Below, piece by piece: positions 16,948 to 25,912 of a DNA stretch of 60,258 nt (positions within the stretch are counted from its first letter, which is position 1; each line of letters opens with the position of its first letter). The translations under genes and the position numbers were made by a program. The notes below the pieces were generated by a model that ran no database searches, was not told where the DNA came from, and saw only the letters and a program-made list of their open reading frames with translations. This DNA comes from Patescibacteria group bacterium (GTDB lineage Bacteria > Patescibacteriota > Minisyncoccia > UBA6257 > GWB1-50-10). The stretch is from contig JAMCYI010000004.1 of the NCBI GenBank assembly GCA_023474215.1, forward strand, positions 1 to 60,258, written 5' to 3'.

Positions 16948-18504
16948 TTACATCTCTTCCAAAAGTTCCGGAAGCAGACTTTGGCCGGTCATCTCTTTCG
17001 GTTTCGGTATCCGCAGAAGATCGAGGGCCGTCGGCGCAACGTCGGAGAGCATACCAATGACGGGAAGCGGCGTCAAAACCGGCGTCGGCGTTCGCTTCTT
17101 GAATTGCTTTCCCACCAAATAGAACGGCACGGGACTCGGATCGTGCTTGGTTTCCGGTTCCCCGGTTTTCAGATCCAAAAGCACCTCCGCGTTCCCGTGA
17201 TCCGACGTCACCATGACCACGTGCCCCAAAGGCAAAGAAGTTCCGATGAGCCGCTTCAATTCGTCGTCGATGACCGTCACGGCGGCCTTGGTCGCCTCGT
17301 AGTTGCCGGTATGCGCGACCATGTCGGCGTTCGCATAATTCACCAAAATGAAATCAAATGTTCCTTCCCCCAAGGCAGCGATGACGCGATCGGTGATCGG
17401 GTGCGCCATCATCTCCGGATGATCGTCGTGATGAATGATGCCTTGCGACGGAATGAGGACGCGGTACTCGTTGGGAAACGGCGGCTCGCGAAGGCCGTTG
17501 AAAAAATAGGTGACGTGCGCGTATTTTTCCGTCTCCGCGACCCGAAGCTGCATTTTTCCCGCCTCGGCGAGCACTTCACCCAATGTTTTCTGCACCAAGG
17601 CATCGGGGAAAGCGACGGGCACCTGGAACGACCGGTCGTAGTTCGTCATGGTCGCAAGATAGAGATGCTCGAACGTTTTCACCCTGAAGTTTTTGAAATT
17701 CGGATCGGCAAAAGCCCCCACGATCTGCCGCATTCGATCTTCGCGGAAATTGAAGAAAATGACGGCATCGTTATCCGCAATCGGATGAGGCTCCCCTACC
17801 GCCGACGGCTCCAAATATTCATCGTTGAGATTCTTATCATAGGCCCGCGCCGCAACTTCTCCCGCCGCGGCAACCGGGGCGGTTTCGCCCGTCAAAACGC
17901 GATAGACCTTTTCGGTGCGATCCCAATGCTTGTCGCGATCCATGGCATAGTACCGGCCCGAAACGCTCGCAAGCATCTTCGAAGCATCAATGCCGGTATC
18001 CCGCGACAACTGCAGAAGGAGATTGGAAAACGAACGAGGGGCGCTGTCCCGCCCGTCGGAAAAAAGATGAAGGGAAAGATTTTGAACGCCGCCGTCGCGC
18101 GCCATTTTAATGAGCGCCTCGAGATGCTTGAGCGATGCGTGGACATTCGATTCCGTCAGGAGCCCCACGAGATGCAAACGCGACTTCCGTTCATTCACCC
18201 AATCGATCGCCGACACAAGAACTTTATTTTTAATAAAGCTCCCGTCCTCCACGGCGGAAGAAATCTTCGGAAAGTGTTCCCACGGAACGCGGCCGGCCCC
18301 TATCGTCACATGCCCGACCTCGCTGTTCCCCTCTTCGTCGTACGGCAAACCGACCGACATTCCGGAGGCTTGGAGGGCTCCGCAGGGGAAATTCGACCGC
18401 ATAAAACCGATGGTTTTCGGATCCGCTTTGTAAATCGGGTTCGATTCATCGAGATTCCCGACCCCCCATCCGTCGAGAACGACCAAAACCAGCGTTTGCT
18501 TCAT
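16948..18504 (-). CDS. gpmI: 2,3-bisphosphoglycerate-independent phosphoglycerate mutase
   Basis: LVVLDGWG, GNSEVGH, DGRDSAP, GRYYAMDRD, FNFREDRMRQ, ETEKYAHVTYFFNG, NYANADMVAHTG, SDHGNAE. Start at MKQTL. Confidence 0.95.
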   Translation of the reverse strand: MKQTLVLVVLDGWGVGNLDESNPIYKADPKTIGFMRSNFPCGALQASGMSVGLPYDEEGNSEVGHVTIGAGRVPWEHFPKISSAVEDGSFIKNKVLVSAIDWVNERKSRLHLVGLLTESNVHASLKHLEALIKMARDGGVQNLSLHLFSDGRDSAPRSFSNLLLQLSRDTGIDASKMLASVSGRYYAMDRDKHWDRTEKVYRVLTGETAPVAAAGEVAARAYDKNLNDEYLEPSAVGEPHPIADNDAVIFFNFREDRMRQIVGAFADPNFKNFRVKTFEHLYLATMTNYDRSFQVPVAFPDALVQKTLGEVLAEAGKMQLRVAETEKYAHVTYFFNGLREPPFPNEYRVLIPSQGIIHHDDHPEMMAHPITDRVIAALGEGTFDFILVNYANADMVAHTGNYEATKAAVTVIDDELKRLIGTSLPLGHVVMVTSDHGNAEVLLDLKTGEPETKHDPSPVPFYLVGKQFKKRTPTPVLTPLPVIGMLSDVAPTALDLLRIPKPKEMTGQSLLPELLEEM

Positions 18505-18571
18505 CGATTCAATTCTAATATAATAGGAACCATAAAGTCGATGGACATCAAAAGAATAAATTTTTTCACCT

Positions 18572-20089
18572 ATGGAACTCATCCCCTGGATTGTGGGCAT
18601 TGTTGCAGGTTTGGCAATCGGATACGGCGTTCGGGTTTCAATCGCCAAGCGCCTTCAAAACTCACTCGAGAAAAAAGCAGAAGCGGAACTTGAATCCGCA
18701 AAGTCGGAAGCAAAAGAGATCGTCGTCGAAGCGAAGGATAAGGCCTCCTCGATCCTCGAGAACGCCAACAAGGAAGAGCGCGACCGAAAACAGGAACTCC
18801 GGCAGCTTGAAGAACGCCTCTTGAAGCGCGAGGACCTGCTCGATCAAAAACTTCGGGAACTGGACAACGGCGAAAAATCGCTGAAGTCAAAAGAGAACGA
18901 GATCAAGGAAAAGGAAAATGACGTGGAACACCTCCGCGAGCGCGCCGTCGGCGAGCTTGAAAAGGTTTCGGGGCTCACGAGGGAGGAAGCGCGGAAGGCG
19001 ATGTTCGAAGAGATCGAAACATCCGCAAAACAAGATCTCGCAACGTCGCTCGCCAAACTCGAACGCGAGCGCGAAGAAGAAATAGAAAAGAAAGCGAACG
19101 AGATCATCACGACAGCGATCCAGCGGTATTCGAGGAACGCGATCGCCGATGTGACGACCTCCGTCGTCGGACTCCCCGACGAAGACATCAAAGCGAAGAT
19201 CATCGGAAAAGAAGGGAGAAATATCCGGGCCTTCGAGCGCTTGACCGGCGTTGAGGTCATCGTGGACGAAACGCCGGAGAACGTGGTCCTTTCGTCATTC
19301 GATCCGATGCGACGCGAACTCGCCAAAATGGCGCTCGAAAAGCTCATCAAGGACGGCAGGATCCACCCCGCAAAGATCGAAGAGAAAGTCGAGGAAGCGC
19401 GCCAAGAACTCGAACAAAGGATACAAAAGATAGGAGAAGAGGCGGCATACGAAGTCGGCATTTTAGACCTTCCAAAAGAAATCGTGAATCTCCTCGGCAG
19501 ATTGAATTTCAGGACGAGCTACGGCCAAAACGTACTGCTCCACTCGGTTGAAATGGCGCACATCGCCGGCATGATGGCAACCGAACTCCACCTGAACGTC
19601 GATGTCGCAAAGAAGGGGGCCCTTCTTCACGACATCGGGAAAGCCGTCGACCATGAAGTGGAAGGAACGCACGTTGAGATCGGCAGAAAACTCTTGAAGA
19701 AGTACGGCATTGCTGAAAACGTCATCCAAGCCATGGAATCGCACCACGAAGAATACCCGTATGCGACGCCGGAATCGTACCTCGTCGCGGCAGCAGATGT
19801 CATTTCCGCGGCGCGGCCCGGCGCTCGGCGCGATACGCTCGAAAAATACATCAAGAGACTGGAAGACATCGAAAAGGCGGTCGGCAGCTTCGAAGGGGTC
19901 AAGCAATCGTATGCCGTTTCGGCAGGACGGGAAGTCAGAGTTTTCGTCGTCCCCGAGAAGATCGACGATTTTGGAGCCCTGGAACTCGCAAAGAAGATAT
20001 CCAACAAGATCCAATCGGACGTCCAATACCCCGGCGAGATCAAGGTAACCGTCATCCGTGAGGTGCGGGCGGTGGAGTACGCGAGGTAG
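18572..20089 (+). CDS. rny: Ribonuclease Y
   Basis: N-terminal TM, coiled coil, KH IIGKEGRNIR, HD motif LLHDIGKA, AAD.ISAARPGARR. Confidence 0.96.
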   Translation: MELIPWIVGIVAGLAIGYGVRVSIAKRLQNSLEKKAEAELESAKSEAKEIVVEAKDKASSILENANKEERDRKQELRQLEERLLKREDLLDQKLRELDNGEKSLKSKENEIKEKENDVEHLRERAVGELEKVSGLTREEARKAMFEEIETSAKQDLATSLAKLEREREEEIEKKANEIITTAIQRYSRNAIADVTTSVVGLPDEDIKAKIIGKEGRNIRAFERLTGVEVIVDETPENVVLSSFDPMRRELAKMALEKLIKDGRIHPAKIEEKVEEARQELEQRIQKIGEEAAYEVGILDLPKEIVNLLGRLNFRTSYGQNVLLHSVEMAHIAGMMATELHLNVDVAKKGALLHDIGKAVDHEVEGTHVEIGRKLLKKYGIAENVIQAMESHHEEYPYATPESYLVAAADVISAARPGARRDTLEKYIKRLEDIEKAVGSFEGVKQSYAVSAGREVRVFVVPEKIDDFGALELAKKISNKIQSDVQYPGEIKVTVIREVRAVEYAR

Positions 20090-20238
20090 GCGAAAAGGCT
20101 CGTTAATCCTCGAAAACACGCGCCAGTCCGCCCCAACCGGCGGACTGCGCTCGTTCTCGTCCTCGCTCGCACCCACGGGGGCGCCGTGCCCGCTCGGACT
20201 CCGAAACGGTTTTCTCGAACCAACGAGCTTTTCCCGCC
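20089..20238. mobile_element. Palindromic miniature element after rny stop
   Basis: Outer arms aaaaggctcgtt / aacgagctttt; scaffold cgaaaacacg-[gtccgcc/ggcggac]-gcgctcgttctcgtcctcgctc-[insert]-gtgcccgctcggactccgaaacggttttctcg. Confidence 0.8.
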
Positions 20239-20322
20239 GATAGTTAAATTATGTAGTAATGTAGAGGTATATTTGTTATAATGGTTTCGAAGAACGGAAA
20301 GGTCGCTAAGTAAAAAACAACC

Positions 20323-20598
20323 ATGAAAAAGGACGGATTGGTAGAAGCTGTCATCAAGGCAGCAAACACGGAAACCAAGAAACAGGCTCAAGAAGCCGTT
20401 GAAGCGGTTTTCGACGCGATCGTAAAGTCGTTATCGAGAGGAGAAGAGGTCGCGATCGCCGGATTCGGCACATTCCGCGTTGCAAAAAGAGCGGCCAGAA
20501 TGGGCGTCAACCCGAAAACCGGGGAAAAGATCCAGATCGCAGCTTCCACGAAGCCGAAATTCAGAGCCGGAAAGCTCTTGAAGGAGGCGGTCAAATAG
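20323..20598 (+). CDS. hup: HU family DNA-binding protein
   Basis: GEEVAIAGFGTFRV..RAAR.G.NPKTGEKIQIAA...PKFRAGK.LKEAV. Confidence 0.95.
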   Translation: MKKDGLVEAVIKAANTETKKQAQEAVEAVFDAIVKSLSRGEEVAIAGFGTFRVAKRAARMGVNPKTGEKIQIAASTKPKFRAGKLLKEAVK

Positions 20599-20620
20599 GA
20601 GGCTAAGGAATATTTCTTAA

Positions 20621-20648
20621 CAAAAAACTCCCCATAGGGAGTTTTTTG
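20621..20648. terminator. Bidirectional intrinsic terminator
   Basis: caaaaaactccc-cata-gggagttttttg. Confidence 0.8.
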
Positions 20649-20668
20649 TTTTATTTATTCACTTTTCT

Positions 20669-21583
20669 TTATTGCTGAAGCAATTTCCTCACTAAATTGC
20701 TTATATCAATAAAGTTTTGGTAGGCGTCTTTGATCTTACTGAGTGACTCGCCGACCAAACCTTTGATTGATACGATTTGAGGGGTGCTGGTGCTTTCTGC
20801 CGTGTCAGTGGAAGTTGCAGTTGAAGTGGAAGGTGAAGTGGACGTTGCAACCGTCTCAGTCGAGGTTGCCTCGGTCGATGTCGCTTCGGTCGAGGTTGCC
20901 GTCAAAGGCTCCACGTCGCTCTTTAAAAACAATTGATAGGCTTGATTATTGAGATCTTTCGCGCCCTTGATGTCGCTTGATGCCGCGTCGAGCATCCCGC
21001 TGATGGCTTTTTGATTCTTCGATGAGAAGTTCAGCGTGGAAAGATCGCTTTGAATATTGTTCAACCTCTTTTCGGACGTCCCAATGGCGGAAAATTCCTG
21101 CCGTACCAAGAAGAAGTCCTGCAGCTGGTTCAAGAGAGGCACATAGTTCTTATCCCTCCACGTTTTAAAATCCGACGCCATTGACTTGATGTCGTCGAGG
21201 GTCGGCGAAGAGCTTGCAAGCGCCTGGCGTTCGGAATCGTAGTAAACCAAAGCGTTCGTCAGCCCATCCAGCGAGTTCTTTACCCAAACGTTGTAATCGG
21301 CATCCTTATCAACGGTCAGGAGCTTCAGCTCGAAGTCCTTCGCCTCGGCCGTCGAAAGATCCAGCACTTGATTGAAAGCGCTGACGCGGAGCGTTACGTC
21401 GCTCACGTCGCCTGCGTCCTTTGCGGAAAGAAGATTATCGAGCGCATCCTTCGCACTTTGAAAAACTTGATTGACCGCACTCGTACTCGTGCCGCTGTCG
21501 GCGAGAACCGGCGACGCGAAGCCAAGGCCCGCAAGCCCCATAACCGCCGTCACGATCAAAATTTTCTTTGCGTATTGATACAT
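20669..21583 (-). CDS. Exported helical protein with Thr/Ser-rich repeat linker
   Basis: Signal peptide ending FASPVLA; TSTEA-TSTEA-TSTET repeats near the C-terminus. Third gene of the ECF cassette. Confidence 0.7.
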   Translation of the reverse strand: MYQYAKKILIVTAVMGLAGLGFASPVLADSGTSTSAVNQVFQSAKDALDNLLSAKDAGDVSDVTLRVSAFNQVLDLSTAEAKDFELKLLTVDKDADYNVWVKNSLDGLTNALVYYDSERQALASSSPTLDDIKSMASDFKTWRDKNYVPLLNQLQDFFLVRQEFSAIGTSEKRLNNIQSDLSTLNFSSKNQKAISGMLDAASSDIKGAKDLNNQAYQLFLKSDVEPLTATSTEATSTEATSTETVATSTSPSTSTATSTDTAESTSTPQIVSIKGLVGESLSKIKDAYQNFIDISNLVRKLLQQ

Positions 21584-21584
21584 C

Positions 21585-22061
21585 TTATTGGGAAATTTGA
21601 TTCAACAGGTCGTTGATCTGCTGGTCCGTCGACGTCACGGAAACACCCGTCGTAAGCTTCGAGCCTTCCGACTGGAGAACTTCGGCATTCAAATGCGGAG
21701 CTTTATTGCTCGTGATCGCGGTAATGGTGTTATCGATCGTTTGGTTCACTTGATTGTTGTAGCTCACCTCATTCAAGGCAATATTAATGCTCATACCCTG
21801 AAGTTCGTTGTTGAGCGTCTCGGCGCTTGCGATCGGCAAGCCATTCGACTTCCCCGGTATAAAGAGGGGTGAAAAGGCATAGCCGACGACGATGAGGGCA
21901 ATGAGTGCGAACGAGGCCGCCCAAGCGGTGAAATACATGCGCACGCCAACCCTTCCGCCTCGTTCAAGGGAAAGAATGGTCGCCCTGCTCTTCGCAAGAA
22001 AAGCGGCATCAGGCTCTATAAGACTAAGCCTCTTCAGTTGTTTGGGAAAATCCCGATTCAT
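21585..22061 (-). CDS. Single-TM protein, candidate anti-sigma factor
   Basis: Overlaps the ECF sigma 3' end; short cytoplasmic N-terminus (LKRLSLIEPDAAFL..SR..IL), TM, then extracellular domain. Confidence 0.55.
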   Translation of the reverse strand: MNRDFPKQLKRLSLIEPDAAFLAKSRATILSLERGGRVGVRMYFTAWAASFALIALIVVGYAFSPLFIPGKSNGLPIASAETLNNELQGMSINIALNEVSYNNQVNQTIDNTITAITSNKAPHLNAEVLQSEGSKLTTGVSVTSTDQQINDLLNQISQ

Positions 22062-22593
22062 GTTTTTCTATTTCTTTCTTCAGTTGCTTCAAAGCGCGGT
22101 GCTGAATGACCCGTATCGCTCCTTCGCTCTTGTCGAGCGCGCCTGCGATCTCCCGATTCGTCATGTCATCGACGAACTTCATGATAAGGACATCCTGGTA
22201 CGCCGGCTCGAGAGAAGCAACGCAATTTTTCACCATTGCAAGGTCCGAATCAAAATCCAGTTTTTTGGCAAAATCCGGATCCGCGGAGAACGTTTCTTCC
22301 GGAACGACATCGATGTCGACCACCGGACGCTTGGTCCGCCAGTAATCGATGACCGCATTCCGAGCGACCTTATAAAGGTAGCTTGAAAAGGGCACCCCCC
22401 GCACATCGAACGTTTCGATATTCTTCCAAGCGCTCAAAAAAACTTCATGGGTAAGGTCTTCCGCCTCGCCCTTCCTTCCTCCGAGCTTCAAGAAGAAATA
22501 CCGGTATATCTTAGGGGCATACTTGTCGTATATTTCGCCAAATGAAGGGCTATCCCCTTTTTTGGCCTTTCTCAAGAGCTTTTCGTCCTCCAT
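22024..22593 (-). CDS. ECF-type RNA polymerase sigma factor
   Basis: AEDLTHEVFLSAW, F.SYLYKVARN.VIDY.R (region 2); L...Y..VL...F.D.M.N.EIA..L.KSEGAIRV.QHRAL (region 4). Confidence 0.92.
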   Translation of the reverse strand: MEDEKLLRKAKKGDSPSFGEIYDKYAPKIYRYFFLKLGGRKGEAEDLTHEVFLSAWKNIETFDVRGVPFSSYLYKVARNAVIDYWRTKRPVVDIDVVPEETFSADPDFAKKLDFDSDLAMVKNCVASLEPAYQDVLIMKFVDDMTNREIAGALDKSEGAIRVIQHRALKQLKKEIEKHESGFSQTTEEA

Positions 22594-22723
22594 AGGTTAA
22601 AACGACGCCGTTCCGATTTTGTTTCTGTGTTACAGATCCAGAGTGTAACACTCTGTAACAAGCGTCAGGAAAATGGTAGCAATAACCGCAGAAAAGGGCA
22701 AGAAATAAGAGGATTTTTTAAAT

Positions 22724-22852
22724 TGGAGCGGGTAAGGGGAGTGAAACCCATCGCTTCACGCAAGTGAAGCTCTTTGAAACCAAGCGGTTTCAATACTTCC
22801 GCAACGGGGAAACTCCCGTTTCCCCGACCCCCTTCTCAGGTTCGACTCCTGA
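22724..22852 (-). mobile_element. tRNA-anchored miniature element (Gly copy)
   Basis: tRNA-sense: ctcagg-agtcgaa-cctgag hairpin (antisense T-loop), gaagggggtcggggaaacgggagtttcccg core, gagc..gcgatg, then 3' copy ggtttcactccccttacccgctcca ending in CCA. Confidence 0.8.
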
Positions 22853-22863
22853 GATAGATTTTG

Positions 22864-22934
22864 AGCGGGTAAGGGGAGTCGAACCCCTCTCATCAGCTTG
22901 GAAAGCTGAGGTAATACCGATATACGATACCCGC
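22864..22934 (-). tRNA. tRNA-Gly(TCC)
   Basis: GCGGGTA acceptor, anticodon arm TCAGC TT TCC AA GCTGA, T-arm AGGGG TTCGACT CCCCT, TACCCGC T. Confidence 0.93.
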
Positions 22935-23015
22935 ACGTGACGGTTTTAATCTTAAACAAAAAGGCGATTCGGGGCAAGCTGGAAAAACGAATCGAATAAT
23001 GGTAAAGTCTAGGGA

Positions 23016-23648
23016 ATGAAATTTAAGGACAAGAAATCCGATATCATCGAGGACAAGCATTTGCGGCAAAAAATAGCGCTTCTCGTCGTGCCGGTCATTG
23101 CGATCGTCGGCCTCGCCGTTTATGCAGCAGCAGGCCAAAACACCACGGAACCGCCTCAAGGCTTCGTCGCCTCCCGGCAAAACCTTTCCGAGATCAGCAA
23201 GGATATCGCAAACTTGAACCAAGAGATGTCACGGGAGATCTCGACGATCCAAGAGGCCAAGAAGGCAGGTGATACGGGAAAAGCCCTGCAGGCCATTCAA
23301 AGCGCCAAACAGACGAATGCCGAAGCGGTCACAAAAGCTCAAAGTTTTTCCGCGGGCCTCGCAGAGATGTCAAAGTCCCTGAGCGGCTTCACCTCGACGA
23401 CGAGCCAAACGCTGGCCGCCCAAGCCGTCGCAACCGAAATTTCGCTGACCAACGAATTCATAACCTATACGAAACTTCTCGATAACTTCCTCACTCTCCT
23501 CTCGGCATCGATCACGAACGACAATCCGACCATCGAAAACAACATCAAAACCTCGCTTGCCGAAATCAACAAAAAGGTTGACGACATCAATAAACTGAAC
23601 CAAACGTTCCTTCAGGAGATCGCAAGCTTCGATAAATCCCTTCAATAA
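23016..23648 (+). CDS. Membrane-anchored coiled-coil hypothetical protein
   Basis: One N-terminal TM followed by long amphipathic helices. Confidence 0.7.
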   Translation: MKFKDKKSDIIEDKHLRQKIALLVVPVIAIVGLAVYAAAGQNTTEPPQGFVASRQNLSEISKDIANLNQEMSREISTIQEAKKAGDTGKALQAIQSAKQTNAEAVTKAQSFSAGLAEMSKSLSGFTSTTSQTLAAQAVATEISLTNEFITYTKLLDNFLTLLSASITNDNPTIENNIKTSLAEINKKVDDINKLNQTFLQEIASFDKSLQ

Positions 23649-23650
23649 CC

Positions 23651-24013
23651 ATGAAGTTTATCGGCAAATTCATCTTTCACATCTTTTCGAATATCATCGC
23701 GATACTCGTGACCAATTATGCGGTCCCGGGCTTCTTTTCCGGCGGGATACAGGACCTTGTGATCGCCGCGCTTATTCTTTCCGTCATCAACACATTCCTC
23801 AAGCCCCTTTTGAAACTCCTCTCGGGCCCGCTTATCCTTCTCACGTTCGGCCTTTTCACCATCGTCATCAACGCTGTTTCGATCTATATCCTTGACATAG
23901 TGAGCCAAGCGATTACAATTCAAGGATTGAAGGAGCTTATCATTGCGACGCTTATCATAAGCTTCATAAATTTCATCGTAAGCTCATCGGCAAAACTCGG
24001 ATATAAAAAATAA
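23651..24013 (+). CDS. Phage-holin-family / DUF360 membrane protein
   Basis: AALILSVINTFLKPLLKLLSGPLILLTFGLFTIVINA pattern. Confidence 0.8.
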   Translation: MKFIGKFIFHIFSNIIAILVTNYAVPGFFSGGIQDLVIAALILSVINTFLKPLLKLLSGPLILLTFGLFTIVINAVSIYILDIVSQAITIQGLKELIIATLIISFINFIVSSSAKLGYKK

Positions 24014-24220
24014 ATGATTCTTGCACTCCAAATAGCGGTTTCGATCATCCTCATCATCCTCGTCATCATTCAAGAGCGGGCAAGCGGCATTTCGGGCGTT
24101 TTCGGCGGGCAGGGCGCAACTCCCTACCAAACGAGAAGGGGGCTTGAAAAGACCATCTTCTATGCGACCATCGTATTCGCCGTCATTTTCGCGGCGCTTG
24201 CGATAGCGAATCTGCTCTAG
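24014..24220 (+). CDS. secG: Preprotein translocase subunit SecG
   Basis: LVIIQERASGISGVFGG...TRRGLEK.IFY.T two-TM pattern. Confidence 0.88.
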   Translation: MILALQIAVSIILIILVIIQERASGISGVFGGQGATPYQTRRGLEKTIFYATIVFAVIFAALAIANLL

Positions 24221-24299
24221 ATATAGACAGATAGAAACGGATATAATAGATATACAACATATCTCCGTCTTTATCCGTAGTATCCGTCTTATCTCGATT
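24218..24299. repeat. Degenerate inverted short-repeat element (GATA/TATCCG flavour)
   Basis: tagatatagacagatagaaacggatataatagatat opposed to atatctccgtctttatccgtagtatccgtcttatct; starts at the secG stop. Confidence 0.6.
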
Positions 24300-24301
24300 T
24301 C

Positions 24302-25912
24302 ATGAACTTACTTAGCATCATCTTCGATAAATTCTCAACGAAAGAAAGGAAGCTTTTTCTCGGCGGCATTATTCTCGTTGTCCTTCTCCTTATATTCCTG
24401 GTGTTCCTCATCATACGAGACTCTGGCACCTTCGTTTCCATTCCCGGAGGGTCCTATACGGAGGGTATCGTAGGTCAGCCGATCAACATCAATCCAATCC
24501 TCTCTGCAAACCCCACCGATCAGGAAATGAGCCTTCTTTTGTATTCCCGCCTTTCCAACCTCCTCCAAACATGGAATGCGAGCTCCGACGGCAAAACCTA
24601 CACCCTGGAGCTTAAAGATGGCTTGAAGTGGAGCGACGGGCAGCCCCTTACAAGCGATGACGTCCTCTTTACCATCAATACGGTGCAAAATTACAACGCC
24701 CATTCTCCTTTCTATCAAAGTTGGCAGGGCGTCTCGGCGGAGCGCGTGAGTTCCCTTCAAATAAAGATAACCCTTCCGAATCAAAACGTCTTCTTTATGG
24801 ACAATGTCGACAATCTCCCCGTAATACCGGAACACATTTACGGGTCGATACCGGCGGAGAACTACTCGCTCTCGGATTACAAACTGCAGCCGATCGGGAG
24901 CGGCCCCTATCTCTTCAAAAGTTTTGCAAAAAGGAAGGATGGCTTCATAACGTCGTATGAACTTGCCGCAAATCCCTTCTACGCCGGAACCAAGCCGCTT
25001 ATACCGACCTTCTCGTTCAAATTTTTCGAAAATACCGACGAAGTCACCCAAGCCCTGGAACTCCACCAGATCAACGGCTACGGCTCGATGTGGCCGACCG
25101 GCATCGACACCTCCCTCTTGAAAGGCTTTGTTGTCGACACGATCCCGGCATCCGACTACTACGCTGTCTTTTTCAATCCTGCCGTGAACCCCATACTGAA
25201 GGACCCGAACATACGGGCGGCCCTCACCATGAGCATCGATACGAATGAGATCATTGATAAGGTCCTCTCGCCGGAAGCGACGCCGGCGGCAGGACCGGTT
25301 CTCATTCCGGGAATTCCGGCCCCGACATCGACATCGAGCACATCGACGGCAGCAAGCCTTGTCAGCAAGTATAAATCGAAAAACAAAAACCAGCCCCTCA
25401 CCATCACCTTGTCGGTACCGGACGTTCAATTCTTGAAGAACGTGGCGCAAATCATCCAAAGCGACTGGGAAAGCATCGGCATCGATCAGGTGAACATTCA
25501 AACCGTCGATATGTCAGATCCGGTGAATTCCCCCCTTAAGACCAGGGATTATGACGCGCTTCTTTTCGGAAACTTCCTTCAAAATCCCGAAGATCTCTTC
25601 CCCTTCTGGCACTCCTCTCAAACAACCTATCCCGGCCTCAATCTTGCTTCGTACCAAAGCACGAAAGCCGACAATCTCATGGAAACGATCAGAGAAACCT
25701 CCGACGAGGGCACGCGGCAAACGCTTCTTGCAAATCTTCAATCGACCATCATGAACGATGACCCGGCAGCTTTTCTTTTCTCGCTCCCTTATCTATACAT
25801 CCACTCGGACGACCTTCGGGGATTTGCAAGCGGACACGTTGCATCGCCTTCCGACCTGTACCGCGACGTGAGCCACTGGTCGATCGCGGAAGTGCAAGTG
25901 ATAAAACCATGA
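24302..25912 (+). CDS. Peptide ABC transporter substrate-binding protein (family 5)
   Basis: Y.EGIVGQP..INP, DG.TYT..LK.G.KWSDG.PLT.DDV.FT, PIGSGPY, R.ALT..ID, D.FPFWHS. Confidence 0.88.
   Translation: MNLLSIIFDKFSTKERKLFLGGIILVVLLLIFLVFLIIRDSGTFVSIPGGSYTEGIVGQPININPILSANPTDQEMSLLLYSRLSNLLQTWNASSDGKTYTLELKDGLKWSDGQPLTSDDVLFTINTVQNYNAHSPFYQSWQGVSAERVSSLQIKITLPNQNVFFMDNVDNLPVIPEHIYGSIPAENYSLSDYKLQPIGSGPYLFKSFAKRKDGFITSYELAANPFYAGTKPLIPTFSFKFFENTDEVTQALELHQINGYGSMWPTGIDTSLLKGFVVDTIPASDYYAVFFNPAVNPILKDPNIRAALTMSIDTNEIIDKVLSPEATPAAGPVLIPGIPAPTSTSSTSTAASLVSKYKSKNKNQPLTITLSVPDVQFLKNVAQIIQSDWESIGIDQVNIQTVDMSDPVNSPLKTRDYDALLFGNFLQNPEDLFPFWHSSQTTYPGLNLASYQSTKADNLMETIRETSDEGTRQTLLANLQSTIMNDDPAAFLFSLPYLYIHSDDLRGFASGHVASPSDLYRDVSHWSIAEVQVIKP

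Noticed and set aside
23651-24013. Prophage suggested by the holin-family gene
   Set aside because: It sits in a housekeeping run before secG, with no other phage genes.
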